This document shows, in pieces, positions 16,951 through 28,557 of a stretch of DNA of 53,994 nucleotides. Each line of letters begins with the position of its first letter. The first letter of the stretch is position 1. The translations under genes and the position numbers were made by a program. The stretch spans positions 1 to 53,994 of the forward strand of contig JBGTGT010000126.1 in assembly GCA_041746575.1 (NCBI GenBank), read 5' to 3'. The DNA is from Microcystaceae cyanobacterium (GTDB lineage Bacteria > Cyanobacteriota > Cyanobacteriia > Cyanobacteriales > Microcystaceae). A model generated the notes under the pieces. It did not search any database and was not told the DNA's origin. It saw only the letters and a program-made list of their open reading frames with translations.

Positions 16951-18480
16951 TTAGTTTAAGCGTTGAATCGCCTCTAATAACCCCCGTGCTTTATTCAAGG
17001 TTTCTTCGTATTCTTTTTCGGGGATGGAATCTGCCACTAATCCGGCTCCTGCTTGTACAGAAACTTCTGTACTGCCGTCTTGAGTTGAGCGTACTACCAT
17101 TGTTCGTATCGTAATCGCCGTGTTGAGTTGCCCCTCGAATTCATAGTAACCATAAACCCCAGAATAAGGTCCCCGCCGTTCGGGTTCTAATTCGTGAATA
17201 ATCTCCATTGCTCGGATCTTTGGCGCACCACTGACTGTTCCTGCTGGAAAACAGGCTTTGAGTAAGTCCCACGCGGTTTTATCGCTTTTTAAAGCCCCAA
17301 TCACGTTACTGACAATGTGCATGACGTGGGAATAGCGTTCAATCGCCATCAATTCGTCAACCGTAACACTGCCCGACTGGCAAACACGACCAAGGTCATT
17401 GCGACCTAAATCGACTAACATAATATGTTCAGCGATTTCTTTAGGGTCTTCTAATAAATCTTGCGCTAAGGCGTGGTCTTCTGCCGAGGTTAACCCTCTC
17501 CGTCTTGTCCCTGCAATGGGGCGTAGGGTGGCTTTAAGGGGGGCATTTTCAACCTTTTCTGTCTTGACCATCACCTCTGGACTTGACCCGATTAACTGCC
17601 AGTCTTTAAAATGATAGAACGCCATGTAAGGGGAAGGATTAATCAAACGCAGAGAGCGGTAGAGATTAAACGGCGAGCCTTGATAGGGAGCATAAAGGCG
17701 TTGAGAGAGAACCACCTGAAAAATATCCCCTGCTTGAATATAATCTTTCGCTTTTTGAACCTTTTCACAGAATTGTTGCTTTTCCGTATTACTGCGATAG
17801 GGAAGTTCTGTCGGGGTTAGGGTAGGGGGGGTAAGGGAAAGGGAAGCCGCTTCGGTGGGTAAGGGAAGTTGCAGTTTGACGACTAATTTGGTGACTTGAT
17901 CACAGGCTCTTTGATAGGCTTCTTTTAAGGACACCGTTTCATTCCGTAAATCTGCATAAGCGATCGCCCAAATTTTCCGCTTAACTTGGTCAAAAATAAT
18001 CAAATTATCCACCTGCATCCAAATTCCATCGGGCAAGTCCGTTTCTGTGATGGAATAAACAGGAACAGTCGGTTCTATCCAGCGAATCAATTCATATCCC
18101 CAAAAGCCAAATAATCCCCCAATGCCAGCCGGAAGTTGCGGCAAGGTTAGGGGCCGAATAGTGGCCAAACAACGGGTTAAAATTTCAAAAGGATCTCCTT
18201 CAAAAGTTTTTATTGTGCCATTTCGATAGATTTTTGTGGTTTTATTGCCCCTCGCTTCCAAAATCCAAGCAGGATCACAGCCAAGCAAACTGTAACGTCC
18301 TAGATTTTCCCCACCTTCTATAGATTCCAAGAGAAAACTATAGGGTTGTCCTGCGCAAACCTTGTACCAAGCAGAGACAGGGGTTTCTAAGTCTGCCACC
18401 CATTCCTGATAAACCGGAATAAAATTGGCGTTGCTACCCTTTGCCAAAGTACAAAACTGCTCAAAATCAGGAAAAATCAT
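16951..18480 (-). CDS. trpE: Anthranilate synthase component I
   Basis: [30 protein letters not shown] and [11 protein letters not shown] motifs. Confidence 0.96.
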   Translation of the reverse strand: MIFPDFEQFCTLAKGSNANFIPVYQEWVADLETPVSAWYKVCAGQPYSFLLESIEGGENLGRYSLLGCDPAWILEARGNKTTKIYRNGTIKTFEGDPFEILTRCLATIRPLTLPQLPAGIGGLFGFWGYELIRWIEPTVPVYSITETDLPDGIWMQVDNLIIFDQVKRKIWAIAYADLRNETVSLKEAYQRACDQVTKLVVKLQLPLPTEAASLSLTPPTLTPTELPYRSNTEKQQFCEKVQKAKDYIQAGDIFQVVLSQRLYAPYQGSPFNLYRSLRLINPSPYMAFYHFKDWQLIGSSPEVMVKTEKVENAPLKATLRPIAGTRRRGLTSAEDHALAQDLLEDPKEIAEHIMLVDLGRNDLGRVCQSGSVTVDELMAIERYSHVMHIVSNVIGALKSDKTAWDLLKACFPAGTVSGAPKIRAMEIIHELEPERRGPYSGVYGYYEFEGQLNTAITIRTMVVRSTQDGSTEVSVQAGAGLVADSIPEKEYEETLNKARGLLEAIQRLN

Positions 18481-18651
18481 CAGTAGATGGGGGTTATAAG
18501 CTTAAAAGAAAAACGAGGAAATAGGCAATGGCTCAGACATTTAGAAACCTACATTTTAGGTCTCTTCACTGAATTGTATAATTTATTTATCGTTGCCTAC
18601 CGACTCAGGAAGTGATCAGGAATGAGAAAATAGCATTAAGTCTTTAGTTAT

Positions 18652-18693
18652 TATTAACTATTAACTATTAACTATTAATTATTAACTATTCAC
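18652..18693. repeat. Heptamer tandem repeat (TATTAAC)~6, STRR-like, downstream of psaD
   Basis: tattaac tattaac tattaac tattaat tattaac tattcac. Confidence 0.8.
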
Positions 18694-18709
18694 TGATCAC
18701 GTTTGTAAT

Positions 18710-19135
18710 TTACACCTCGTAGGGTGCTTTACCTGAAAACTTCAAGGTAACGGGTTCAGGATTGTTACCGATGCCACGGTCAATTTTCCCATAAAATTCC
18801 CGACCTTCGTTGACTTTTTCGGGGAAAACACCGTCCGCTGGATGAAGATATTGCACTTCCCCATCGGGATAGACGCGATAAATCTTATAATCGTCAATTT
18901 TGGGTTTGAATTTCGTCCGAAACTGAGTACCCAGTGCCAGACATTGCTCTTTGCGGGCTAAATAAAGTAGATTTTCGCCTTCGTTCATGATGGCTGCACC
19001 ACCGGTTGGCATTTCAAAGACTTGCTCTTTACTGCTTGTCCAAGTAATGGCGTACTTTTCCTCTGTAAAAGCTTTCGAGAGGAGTCCACCTGTGCTACCA
19101 CCGAATTTAGGGGGTTGTCCAGTCAGTTCTGTCAT
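18710..19135 (-). CDS. psaD: Photosystem I subunit II
   Basis: [29 protein letters not shown] and [12 protein letters not shown] motifs. Confidence 0.98.
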   Translation of the reverse strand: MTELTGQPPKFGGSTGGLLSKAFTEEKYAITWTSSKEQVFEMPTGGAAIMNEGENLLYLARKEQCLALGTQFRTKFKPKIDDYKIYRVYPDGEVQYLHPADGVFPEKVNEGREFYGKIDRGIGNNPEPVTLKFSGKAPYEV

Positions 19136-19174
19136 TGGTTTATGAGTTCTCCCTTTAAAAAGGTGTTTTAGGGA

Positions 19175-19228
19175 ATCGTATCATTGACTCCCCCTCTCTC
19201 TGGTCACTTTGTCAAGAACTGTTACAAA
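19175..19228 (-). promoter_or_regulatory. Putative psaD promoter: -10 TACGAT with an upstream HLR1-like (RpaB) repeat
   Basis: TACGAT at 19180-19175. GTCAAGAA-ct-GTTACAAA at 19211-19228, where only one half-site matches well. Confidence 0.35.
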
Positions 19229-19292
19229 TGATCAAAGTTTTTCGCCTAACCCCTCTAGGATAAACGAAAGGTAGTATGATTTTACTGAAACT

Positions 19293-21437
19293 GTGATGCC
19301 CTCCGTTGCTTCTTCTCCTGAGTCTCTAGCAATTGCGCTAAAGCATTATTTTGGCTATTCTCAATTTCGACCGAAACAGCGTCAAATTATTGAAGAGACC
19401 TTACAAAATCGAGATTTATTAATCATAATGCCTACAGGTGGCGGAAAATCTTTATGTTTTCAGTTACCTGCGCTCCTCAAATCAGGCTTAATGATTGTGG
19501 TTTCGCCGTTAATTGCTTTAATGCAAGATCAAGTCGACACGTTAAAAGAAAATGGCATTGGAGCGACGTTTCTCAACAGTACCCTCTCTTTAAAACAGAT
19601 ACAGTCACGAGAGCAAGCCATCTTGCAAGGGAAAATCAAATTGCTCTATGTTGCCCCAGAAAAGTTATTAAGTGACAAATTTGCTCACTTTTTAGACTTG
19701 ATTTTTGAAAAAATGGGGTTATCAGGCTTTGCGATTGATGAAGCGCATTGTGTTTCAGAATGGGGACATGATTTTCGACCTGAATACCGAGAATTGAGGC
19801 AATTACGGCAACGTTACCCAAAAGTTCCTATGTTAGCGTTGACAGCAACAGCCACCAAACGAGTTAGAGCAGATATTATTCAACAATTAGGGTTAAGACA
19901 AGCAAGGGTTCATGTTTCCAGTTTTAATAGACCGAATTTATATTATGAAATCCGCCCCAAAGAACAACGAAGTTATAATCAATTAATTCACTATATTCGC
20001 CAACAAAAAGGCTCAGGAATTATTTATTGTCTTAGTCGAAAAAGTGTCGAAGAGGTAGCGTTTCGTTTAGTCAAAGATGGTATTTCTGCTTTGCCTTACC
20101 ATGCAGGATTGAGAAACGAAGTGCGTCAAGAAAATCAAACCCGTTTTATTCGAGATGATGTGCAGGTGATGGTGGCAACAGTTGCTTTTGGAATGGGAAT
20201 TAATAAGTTAGATGTGCGCTTTGTGATTCATTATGATTTACCCAAGAATTTAGAGAGTTATTATCAAGAGTCAGGACGAGCAGGACGAGATGGTGAACCC
20301 GCAGACTGTTTATTATTTTTCAGCTTAGGAGATTATAAAAAGCTAGATTATATTATTCAAAATAAACCCAATTTAGAAGAGCAAAATATTGCCAAACATC
20401 AACTTAAGCAAGTGATTAATTATGGAGAAGGAAGTGCGTGTCGGCGGACGATATTACTGCACTATTTTAATGAAAGATTTGCAGGAAATTGTCAAAAATG
20501 CGATAATTGTTTAAAGCCTAAAATAACTGAAAACTGGACAATCGAAGCTCAGAAATTTCTTTCTTGTGTTGCTCGTTGTCAGCAGCGTTTTGGTATGACT
20601 CATATTATTGATGTGCTACGAGGTGCAAAGAAGAAAAAGATCGAAAACTATGGTCATCATCTTCTTTCAACCTACGGAATTGGCAAAGATCGAACCGTTG
20701 ATCAATGGCGTTTACTAGGACGTTCTCTCATTTATCAGGGATTTCTAGAAGAAAGTGCTGATGGTTTTTCTGTCTTAAAACTGAATAAAAGAAGTTGGGA
20801 AATTCTTCGTCAAAGAGAAGATTTTTTCATGACAATTTTTCAGGAAATCGTGCATTCTGATCGTTATAATCCCCAAATGGCTGAAACAGAATTACTCTTT
20901 GATCGCTTGAGAATGCTACGCAAGCAAATTGCCGATAATCATCAAATTGCACCTTATAGTATTTTTTCTGATTCTACCTTAAAAGGAATGGCACAAAGCA
21001 AACCAAATGATAAACAAAAGCTCGGCAATCTTTCGGGGGTTACAACTTATAAATTGGCACAATATGGCGATCAGTTTTTATCAGAAATTCGCTGTTTTAT
21101 TCAAGAACAGGAACCTCCCATTTTATTACCTTCAAATAGCCAAATGATGACCTTACAACTCTATCAACAAGGGTTAGCTGTGGCTGATATTGCAGAAACG
21201 AGAGGATTTAAAGAAAGTACCATTTACTCCCATTTAACTGAGTTAATTGAACTGCGCCAGCCAATTAATATAAATTCCTTGGTTTCTCAAGACAAGCAAC
21301 AGGCAATTTATCAAGCAGTTAACACATTAGGAGATAATTCATTAACCCCCTTAAAAGAAAAGTTAGGAGAAAATTACACTTATGAAGAAATCCGTTTAGT
21401 CAGAGCATGGTATCGTCGGGAAAAATCTAAACTATAA
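19293..21437 (+). CDS. recQ: ATP-dependent DNA helicase RecQ
   Basis: [36 protein letters not shown] zinc motif and HRDC domain. Confidence 0.96.
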   Translation: MMPSVASSPESLAIALKHYFGYSQFRPKQRQIIEETLQNRDLLIIMPTGGGKSLCFQLPALLKSGLMIVVSPLIALMQDQVDTLKENGIGATFLNSTLSLKQIQSREQAILQGKIKLLYVAPEKLLSDKFAHFLDLIFEKMGLSGFAIDEAHCVSEWGHDFRPEYRELRQLRQRYPKVPMLALTATATKRVRADIIQQLGLRQARVHVSSFNRPNLYYEIRPKEQRSYNQLIHYIRQQKGSGIIYCLSRKSVEEVAFRLVKDGISALPYHAGLRNEVRQENQTRFIRDDVQVMVATVAFGMGINKLDVRFVIHYDLPKNLESYYQESGRAGRDGEPADCLLFFSLGDYKKLDYIIQNKPNLEEQNIAKHQLKQVINYGEGSACRRTILLHYFNERFAGNCQKCDNCLKPKITENWTIEAQKFLSCVARCQQRFGMTHIIDVLRGAKKKKIENYGHHLLSTYGIGKDRTVDQWRLLGRSLIYQGFLEESADGFSVLKLNKRSWEILRQREDFFMTIFQEIVHSDRYNPQMAETELLFDRLRMLRKQIADNHQIAPYSIFSDSTLKGMAQSKPNDKQKLGNLSGVTTYKLAQYGDQFLSEIRCFIQEQEPPILLPSNSQMMTLQLYQQGLAVADIAETRGFKESTIYSHLTELIELRQPININSLVSQDKQQAIYQAVNTLGDNSLTPLKEKLGENYTYEEIRLVRAWYRREKSKL

Positions 21438-21495
21438 TTGATGTGACGATCAGCCCAAATTTTGTTCACTCGGTTTTGATTCTTACCTATTTAGA

Positions 21496-21960
21496 TTGTT
21501 ATCAATTAAATTTAAAAGGAAAATGACCATGAATAAACGGCTTTCGAAATTCAATTTTTTCTTGATCTTTTTACCTTTTTCTTTGGTACGTCCCATTTCT
21601 GTTTACGCTGAGCCTATCTGCTTTATGCAAACAAACTCAGGTGAATTGATTGATTTGACCCGTATTTGTCATCAAAAACCCCAAAGGATCACTCAAATAA
21701 CTAATACTTCAGCAGAGCAACCTTCCTCAACCTCTCCGACGAGCGAAACTCAAGCAAATGTGCAAATGCTCCTAGCGGTTAGTGAAGAATTTTTACAGAC
21801 TAATCGAGTCTTGGGTTTAGAACTTCTCAATTTGATACAAGGTTCAATAACACCTGAAATATATGAACTTCGTCCCCGTTGTCAATTAGCAGTTGAAACC
21901 TTCCAATCAGCTGAGGATGGCGTCATTAATCGCTGTGAACGGAGTAAATTTCGCTTATAA
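21496..21960 (+). CDS. Hypothetical secreted protein (true start probably at a downstream Met)
   Basis: Signal-peptide-like N-terminus followed by a CFMQTNSGELIDLTRIC motif. Confidence 0.6.
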   Translation: MLSIKFKRKMTMNKRLSKFNFFLIFLPFSLVRPISVYAEPICFMQTNSGELIDLTRICHQKPQRITQITNTSAEQPSSTSPTSETQANVQMLLAVSEEFLQTNRVLGLELLNLIQGSITPEIYELRPRCQLAVETFQSAEDGVINRCERSKFRL

Positions 21961-22039
21961 AGCTTAAAACGCAATCAAGAGAATAATGCTAATTCTCGTA
22001 AAGCCGTCCTTTATCCCCTTACTTTATGCTAAAGGCATT

Positions 22040-23152
22040 TTATCCTTCAACTCGACTTGGCGGATCGAGAAGCTTAACCGTATGCCACGTAACGCTAAGT
22101 ACGCCTGTATTGTCTTTATAAAATCCGGGTTCATCATTTAGCAATAAAGAAACAGTATCACCCGGTTCGAGACGTAATGTCATAGTTTTGCCGTAATGAC
22201 CCTCAAATTGACCATTTCTAAGGGCAACTAATGCCGCCGGAGGAACTGTCTTATAACGTAAATCCTGATCCAACCATTGCTCATCCGCCATCTCAACATT
22301 GCCATTGCCATTTACTTTTTCGGCAAATTGATAGATCGGATCTGATGTACCATAAGTCCACGTTCCTTCAGATTCAAGATGAACCATGACTGAATAGCTC
22401 AAAAAGTTGGTAAAGCTCGGCAAAGCATTCATTTCCGCCTCATCATTGCCCCAAGTAGCATCAATCGTTAATTCCCCTTTGGGTAACTCTGCGGGTTTAA
22501 CTGTCGGTGGCACCACAGGAGGCATCTTTGTCACTGGTGTTCCCGTAGCGGCAAAAACTTCCGGTTTTCCTTGATTTCGTTTCCCTAGCCACCAAGATAA
22601 ACCCCCTAACAGCGGAATGAGCAGTAACCACCAAGGAAACTCTCGTTTTTTTTCTTCCGTTGCTTCAGTCGCAGAAAGCGGTGATTCTATGGTTTCTTCA
22701 TCCGTTGTAGTCCCCGGTGCGGCCGCAATAACACTGGCTGGATAAACGTAGCTTCGATACTGAGAATAGGGATAACGGGAGCCATCAGAGAGCGTATTGT
22801 ACCTCGCCATTTTTTCCCGTTCAATGGGAATTTTCTTCAATCCTTGGGCTTTTTCAGGTAAATAGGCGGCCACTTGAATTTTTCCCTTCTGTAAATCAGC
22901 GATCGCCTGTTCGGAACCACTCGCCGTGAATTCTAGCCTAGAATCAGGGTATTTTCCCTCAAAGTGTTCTTTATAAACTTGATTCGCTTTTATCCTGCTA
23001 TTTGATCCCCCTACCTTGATGACTTTCCCCTCAGGAGTGGTCAAGGACAAGGTGGCATTCGGCTCAGATAACTGTGCCATCACCGAGGAGGTAGAGGACA
23101 ATCCGAGGACAATGACAGTGGTTTTAACTAAAAAATGGAATACCCTAGACAT
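22040..23152 (-). CDS. Membrane protein: truncated PBP-like domain, TM helix and C-terminal LecA/PA-IL-like domain
   Basis: Signal peptide; GSNS...GSEQAIADLQKGKIQVAA; WWLLLIPLLGGLSWW; C-terminal LNDEPGFYKDNTGVLSV. Confidence 0.55.
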   Translation of the reverse strand: MSRVFHFLVKTTVIVLGLSSTSSVMAQLSEPNATLSLTTPEGKVIKVGGSNSRIKANQVYKEHFEGKYPDSRLEFTASGSEQAIADLQKGKIQVAAYLPEKAQGLKKIPIEREKMARYNTLSDGSRYPYSQYRSYVYPASVIAAAPGTTTDEETIESPLSATEATEEKKREFPWWLLLIPLLGGLSWWLGKRNQGKPEVFAATGTPVTKMPPVVPPTVKPAELPKGELTIDATWGNDEAEMNALPSFTNFLSYSVMVHLESEGTWTYGTSDPIYQFAEKVNGNGNVEMADEQWLDQDLRYKTVPPAALVALRNGQFEGHYGKTMTLRLEPGDTVSLLLNDEPGFYKDNTGVLSVTWHTVKLLDPPSRVEG

Positions 23153-23247
23153 TTTAAAAAAATAGACTAATCGCTAAAATGTGCATCAATGTTACCTTCC
23201 TAACCGACCGTATCCCCTATTTTTAAGCTTTTTTTTAGCTTGAAGCC

Positions 23248-25230
23248 TCACCGAACAATAGGAATCGTAAAATGGAATTGACTGCCTTGATTTTTGCCCT
23301 CCGATTCTGCCCAAATTTCCCCGCCCCATCCTTTAACAATTTGACGACAAATCGCTAGTCCTAAACCTGTTCCCCCCGCACTACGGCGCAACGCTCCTTC
23401 TTCTTGATAAAAACGGTCAAATACCGTCTCTAATCGATTAGGTTCAATGCCTCGTCCTGTATCTGATACGGTTACTTCTAGACAACGAGGATTTTCTGAA
23501 TTCACTCCAATGGTCACTTTTCCCTCTGAGCGAGTAAATTTACACGCATTATCCAGTAATTTAGAAAGAACCTCCACTAACCACTCTCCATCCGCTTTGA
23601 CGAGCGGTAAATCACGAGAAACGGAATTTTCAATTTGCGGCAAACGATTATGGCGATTATGGGCGCGAACGTGACTCAGTGCTAATTCTACGCATTCCTC
23701 TAACGAAAGGGGTTCAGGATGCCATTTAATTCGTCCACTCTCTAACTGAGACAACGTTAAGAAGTCTTGTATCAATTTGCGCATTCTTTCTGCGTCTTCA
23801 AGGGCAGCATTCAGCATCACTTGACGCAATTCGGCCGACATATCGGGTTCACTAGCCAAACTTTCCAAGCAAACTTGAATCGTGGAAAGCGGCGTTCGTA
23901 ATTCATGTCCGGTAATCGCCACTAAATTGGAACGAGTTCGGTCTAGGGCTTCGAGTTGTTCGTTAAAATCTTGTAAACTGGCGTAAGCCTCCGCTTGAAT
24001 CAGAGCAACCCCGACTTGAGTCGTGATCGAATTCACGAGGGCAATATCCTCACCTTTCCAAGTAATCGGGTGATCTTCGCAGTGGTGTAACTCTACCATT
24101 CCCAATAATCGGCCTTGGTGAAGAATGGGAACGAGTAACCATGAAGAAATGCCGCAACTTTTCGCCAATTGAGCCAATAAATTCTTATTTTTACTAGATT
24201 TCCTCGTTTCTTTTAAGCGAGGATCGATCAACACATTATCAATGCTTAATGCGTCCTGTAATTCAATTACCTTTTGGAAGAGAGGATTATCCTGAAGCGG
24301 CCAGCTTTGTCCTTTTAGTGACAGAAGCGTTTTATTCAAAAATTCGTGCTGAATCAGTGCAGAACCGTCATTTTCTCGGCAACGATAGACAATACAGCGA
24401 CAAACCCCTAAACCCTGCCCTAGTTTTTCCACGGCTAATTGCAAAATTTCATCAGGATCAAGGGAATGGCGAATGGCAGTTATAACAGAGTTAATCAGCC
24501 TTTCTTTATGTTCTTTGAGGGTTAGGGAACGATTGGCTTTGATGAGCTTATACTGGCTGGCTTGGATGTAGGTAATGAGCCGTTGTACAAAGGGATCTGG
24601 GTTATTGATCAGGGAATAATTGGGCGTAGAGGGGCGATTGTTTAGGGTGCGCTTAAAGCGATCGCCGTGTTGGGTGATTTGCTGTTTAGCCTGTTTAACT
24701 TTCTTTTTCAGTTCAGGACGATAGACGAGAATGCGATCTAATAGGAGATCAGCCGCCCGTTGAGTGATGGCAGGATCAAACGTCCAGATCCCGTCAAAAC
24801 GACGGTCATTATCCATTCCTATTTTGTCTGGGCGAAGTTCTAGGGGATTAATGCCCTTTTCCCGACAAATGAGACAACTGGCATAGGTTTGCCCCATAAT
24901 CACTAAATGCCATTCTTGACTTAAACTATCATCGGGATCAAAGGCAATGGTTTCATAAAGCCCGGAATGATTGGCAAAATCTGTTTCAGGAGCGGCTAAG
25001 ACGTAAACTTGTGGCGTTTTTTCAGCGATTTTTCGATAGCGGTGCGCTTCTTGACGATAAAAGCGTTCCCGTTGAAAACTGGCAATCACTAAGGGTCGAT
25101 CTTGCCCCGCCAGAACTTGATCTTCCATCGCGTGAGATAGGGCGGTTAAAGATGTTTTAAAGTACATTTGGGTTTGCCATTGAGGAAAAACCCGTAAAAG
25201 CTCGGCCAGAACAGAAGTTGGTATGCTCAT
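23248..25230 (-). CDS. DICT-GAF sensor histidine kinase
   Basis: N-terminal LTALSHAMED/FQRERFY (DICT), a GAF domain, H-box HELRTPL, and N/G boxes LLDNACKF, DTGRGI, GGTGLGL. Confidence 0.9.
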   Translation of the reverse strand: MSIPTSVLAELLRVFPQWQTQMYFKTSLTALSHAMEDQVLAGQDRPLVIASFQRERFYRQEAHRYRKIAEKTPQVYVLAAPETDFANHSGLYETIAFDPDDSLSQEWHLVIMGQTYASCLICREKGINPLELRPDKIGMDNDRRFDGIWTFDPAITQRAADLLLDRILVYRPELKKKVKQAKQQITQHGDRFKRTLNNRPSTPNYSLINNPDPFVQRLITYIQASQYKLIKANRSLTLKEHKERLINSVITAIRHSLDPDEILQLAVEKLGQGLGVCRCIVYRCRENDGSALIQHEFLNKTLLSLKGQSWPLQDNPLFQKVIELQDALSIDNVLIDPRLKETRKSSKNKNLLAQLAKSCGISSWLLVPILHQGRLLGMVELHHCEDHPITWKGEDIALVNSITTQVGVALIQAEAYASLQDFNEQLEALDRTRSNLVAITGHELRTPLSTIQVCLESLASEPDMSAELRQVMLNAALEDAERMRKLIQDFLTLSQLESGRIKWHPEPLSLEECVELALSHVRAHNRHNRLPQIENSVSRDLPLVKADGEWLVEVLSKLLDNACKFTRSEGKVTIGVNSENPRCLEVTVSDTGRGIEPNRLETVFDRFYQEEGALRRSAGGTGLGLAICRQIVKGWGGEIWAESEGKNQGSQFHFTIPIVR

Positions 25231-25413
25231 CGATAGCCTACGAGATGAAGTTGCTTTAAGTGAATCGATGGTTTTCTTATTGTAAGATGCCTTGCTCCCT
25301 CTGACGCAATTTTAGATTTTGGATTTTGGAGGGGAGTTAACTTTCTCTTACAATAGAGAAAGAAATGTTGGCTTTATTTACTTTATCCCAGCACTAATTC
25401 TTGCTTGCTTCCT

Positions 25414-25878
25414 ATGGCTAGTTACCGCGTGAGAATTGCTAGAGAAAAGGCAGAACTCGTTCAAGCGTTAGGGGATTTTGGCGACGCAAATGGACCTTTT
25501 CAAACCTATGCAGACGTAATCGCTTTTGCAGCCATGTTAGGGGCAAAATATCAACAACGACTCTCCTTAGGGGCAATTTCTCAAGAACCTTCTCCTATTA
25601 GTCTAGACGTTTTTCAATCGAGGGGTTATGATCCCTTAATTCAATTATTAGCGATCATCGAAACTCAGGATCCCCACGTTATTTCTCCCTTTGACTCCGA
25701 AGCAGGACAACGCAGAGTCGAGATTTTTGAAGAATATGCTAATGGAGGTTTACAAAAGCTTCAAGAAACTTTACGAGGAGCGGTAGATTACACAGAAAGG
25801 CTACTTTTACTTTTAAATCAGGAACGAGTCCTTAAAGAAAACTCAGAAATAGAATTTGATCTTAGCCGCTTTTTATAA
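25414..25878 (+). CDS. DNA phosphorothioation-associated protein 4-like protein
   Basis: RVRIAREKAELVQAL..GPFQTYADVIAFAA..IFEEYANGGL pattern. ATG at 25414. Confidence 0.7.
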   Translation: MASYRVRIAREKAELVQALGDFGDANGPFQTYADVIAFAAMLGAKYQQRLSLGAISQEPSPISLDVFQSRGYDPLIQLLAIIETQDPHVISPFDSEAGQRRVEIFEEYANGGLQKLQETLRGAVDYTERLLLLLNQERVLKENSEIEFDLSRFL

Positions 25879-25919
25879 GCTGATGGAAGGATTCGTTATA
25901 GAATAAAGATCTATCTCTT

Positions 25920-26006
25920 GGAGAGGTGGCAGAGCGGTTGAATGCGACGGACTCGAAATTCGTTATGGCGGCGACGTCATCGTGGGTTCAAATCCCACCC
26001 TCTCCG
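25920..26006 (+). tRNA. tRNA-Ser (anticodon CGA)
   Basis: Acceptor stem GGAGAGG/CCTCTCC, anticodon arm ACGGA-CTCGAAA-TTCGT, long variable arm, T arm GGTTCAAATCC. CCA is not encoded. Confidence 0.96.
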
Positions 26007-26026
26007 TTTTTCAGAAACCTTTGACG

Positions 26027-27463
26027 TTAAAATAAACCAAATCCTTTTTTCTTTTTGTTGGCTTTTTTGCCTTTTTTCTTAGGTGAACCGCCCGTATAAC
26101 CCCGAAAACCGGGGGGAACTTGGCTCATGCCGGGCAGTCCTCCTCCCATACCGGGCATTCCCATGTCTCCTTGTCCCATTTTTTGCATCATACTACGCAT
26201 TCGAGTGAAATTCGTCACTAATTTAGACACATCCGCATCATTATGACCGGAACCTCGAGCTACCCGACGACGACGACTGGGAGAGCCGGCCAACAAATCG
26301 GGATTTTTCCGTTCCTCAAAGGTCATGGAATTAATCATTGCTTCAGTACGTTTTAGCTCTTTTTCGCCTTTTTCTAGGTCTGTGTTGCTAATTTTTGGTA
26401 TTCCGGGAATCAGTTTCATGACACCGCCTAAAGACCCCATATTTTTGAGTAAACGGGTTTGTTTGAGAAAATCATCGAAGTCAAATTGCGCCTCCATGAT
26501 TTTTCGTTGCATTTTCTCAACATCGGCGATATCCAACTGTTCTTGGGCTTTTTCTACCAAAGTTAGCACATCTCCCATATTCAGGATACGGGAAGCCATG
26601 CGATCAGGATAAAACGGTTGCAATGCTTCGACTTTTTCGCCAACTCCAATAAATTTAATCGGTTGTCCCGATATTTGACGAACAGATAAAGCGGCACCTC
26701 CCCGAGTATCCCCGTCCAATTTGGTTAAAATCGCCCCCGTAATGCCAATTTGGTCATTAAATGTACGTGTGAGGTTGGCGGCCTCTTGACCTGTCATGGC
26801 GTCAACGACTAGCAAGGTATCATGGGGTTTGACGGTTTTTTTGATCTCCGCTAATTCCGCCATCATATCTTCGTCAATCTGCAAGCGGCCAGCAGTATCA
26901 ATAATAACCGTATCTACGCCCAGTTCTCTGGCTTTTTCCACCCCTTGACGAGCAATATCAACAGGATTTACGTCACTTCCCAATTCAAAGACGGGAATGT
27001 TAATTTGTTGGCCAAGAGTGACTAATTGGTCAATTGCCGCCGGACGGTAGACATCAGTAGCGACCATTAGACAGCTACGGTCCTGTTTTTGCAAATATAA
27101 AGCGAGTTTTGCCGTGGCAGTGGTTTTTCCTGTCCCTTGTAACCCTGCCATCAGAATCACCGTTGGATTTGATTCAGCTTGCGCTAGGGGGACATTACTT
27201 TCCCCCATTACGTTTACTAATTCGTCATAAACCACCTTAATAAACTGCTGACTGGGGTTAACGCCGGAAATCACCTCTGTTCCCAAAGCGTTCTTTTCGA
27301 TTTCACGAATAAATGCTTTAACCACTTGTAGGTTAACATCGGCTTCAATCAAGGCGCGACGAACTTCTTTTAAGGCATCTTGAATATTGCTTTGGGAGAT
27401 TTTATCCTGTCCCCGTAATTTTTTCCACGCATCGTCTAAGCGTTCAGCTAAGGCATCAAACAT
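26027..27463 (-). CDS. ffh: Signal recognition particle protein
   Basis: GLQGTGKTT, DTAGR, TKLDGD and a Met-rich M domain. Confidence 0.97.
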   Translation of the reverse strand: MFDALAERLDDAWKKLRGQDKISQSNIQDALKEVRRALIEADVNLQVVKAFIREIEKNALGTEVISGVNPSQQFIKVVYDELVNVMGESNVPLAQAESNPTVILMAGLQGTGKTTATAKLALYLQKQDRSCLMVATDVYRPAAIDQLVTLGQQINIPVFELGSDVNPVDIARQGVEKARELGVDTVIIDTAGRLQIDEDMMAELAEIKKTVKPHDTLLVVDAMTGQEAANLTRTFNDQIGITGAILTKLDGDTRGGAALSVRQISGQPIKFIGVGEKVEALQPFYPDRMASRILNMGDVLTLVEKAQEQLDIADVEKMQRKIMEAQFDFDDFLKQTRLLKNMGSLGGVMKLIPGIPKISNTDLEKGEKELKRTEAMINSMTFEERKNPDLLAGSPSRRRRVARGSGHNDADVSKLVTNFTRMRSMMQKMGQGDMGMPGMGGGLPGMSQVPPGFRGYTGGSPKKKGKKANKKKKGFGLF

Positions 27464-27657
27464 AAGGCAATTTTATCTAATCTGAGTTTCTCTTTACTAG
27501 AATAACTTAGTTTGAGATCCGTTATTTGAAGCGGTTGCGAATGGGAAGAGAGAATCGCTTTTAAGAAATCTTACTTAGACGCTCTAAACCGTTCATCTAT
27601 CCATTTCAAACCCCTAAGCTATAATACGATGAGATGATCGATGATGCAGGTTAACAC

Positions 27658-28506
27658 TTGATTATGATTAATATTTTAACCATTCATTGGAAAAGCGATC
27701 AATGGATTGATATTCAACTGAAATATCTAAATCTGTATATTAATGAACCTTCAAGAGTTTACGCTTTTTTGAATTTTCTGCCTCGTGATCATTCTGACAA
27801 ATTTTTTTACGCTTCAACTGAACCGATTACTGACCACGCCGAGAAATTAAATCTTTTGGCCGACAAAGTTTGTTCATCCCCTGATAGTCAAAATGAAGAT
27901 ATACTTATCTTTTTAGATGGGGATGCTTTTCCGATTCAAGTTCTAATGCCGTTTGTTTATGAAAAACTTGAGCATTATCCTTTAATTGCCGTTCAACGAA
28001 AAGAAAATCATGGTGATATTCAGCCTCATCCATTATTTTGTGCAACAACGATTCAGTTTTGGCGCAAGATCCAAGGTGATTGGCATAAAGGATATGAATG
28101 GATTAATAATAAAGGCGATTCCATTACAGATGTGGGGGGTAATCTACTTAAAATTCTCCTAGATAATCAAGTAGATTGGTATCCTTTATTGAGAAGTAAT
28201 CTTAAAAATTATCATCCTATTTTTTTTGGCATTTATGACAAGATTATTTATCACCACGGCGGTGGTTTCAGACGCAAGTGGACTCGAATGGATGGTCCTA
28301 ATGCCTATTCTAGATTCAATCGCATCTTCACTCGCATCGGTACCTTGATTCCTAAAAATCGTTTAACTGCTCCCCTGATTGCTCAAATGGATTTTTTAAA
28401 TAGAGCGAAAAAGAAAATCGTTCGAGCAAATAATGCGCAAAGTCAAGAAATTTATGAAAAAATTCTCGTAGATCCTAATTTTTTTCGGGAATTTCTCGAA
28501 AATTAA
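27658..28506 (+). CDS. Hypothetical protein, possibly glycosyltransferase (GT-A)-like
   Basis: Long ORF with an ILIFLDGDAFP DxD motif. Confidence 0.55.
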   Translation: MIMINILTIHWKSDQWIDIQLKYLNLYINEPSRVYAFLNFLPRDHSDKFFYASTEPITDHAEKLNLLADKVCSSPDSQNEDILIFLDGDAFPIQVLMPFVYEKLEHYPLIAVQRKENHGDIQPHPLFCATTIQFWRKIQGDWHKGYEWINNKGDSITDVGGNLLKILLDNQVDWYPLLRSNLKNYHPIFFGIYDKIIYHHGGGFRRKWTRMDGPNAYSRFNRIFTRIGTLIPKNRLTAPLIAQMDFLNRAKKKIVRANNAQSQEIYEKILVDPNFFREFLEN

Positions 28507-28557
28507 GGGGCAACTTTTCCAGATGCCCCCTCATGGCGGTTAAAGAATCCGTCCGGT

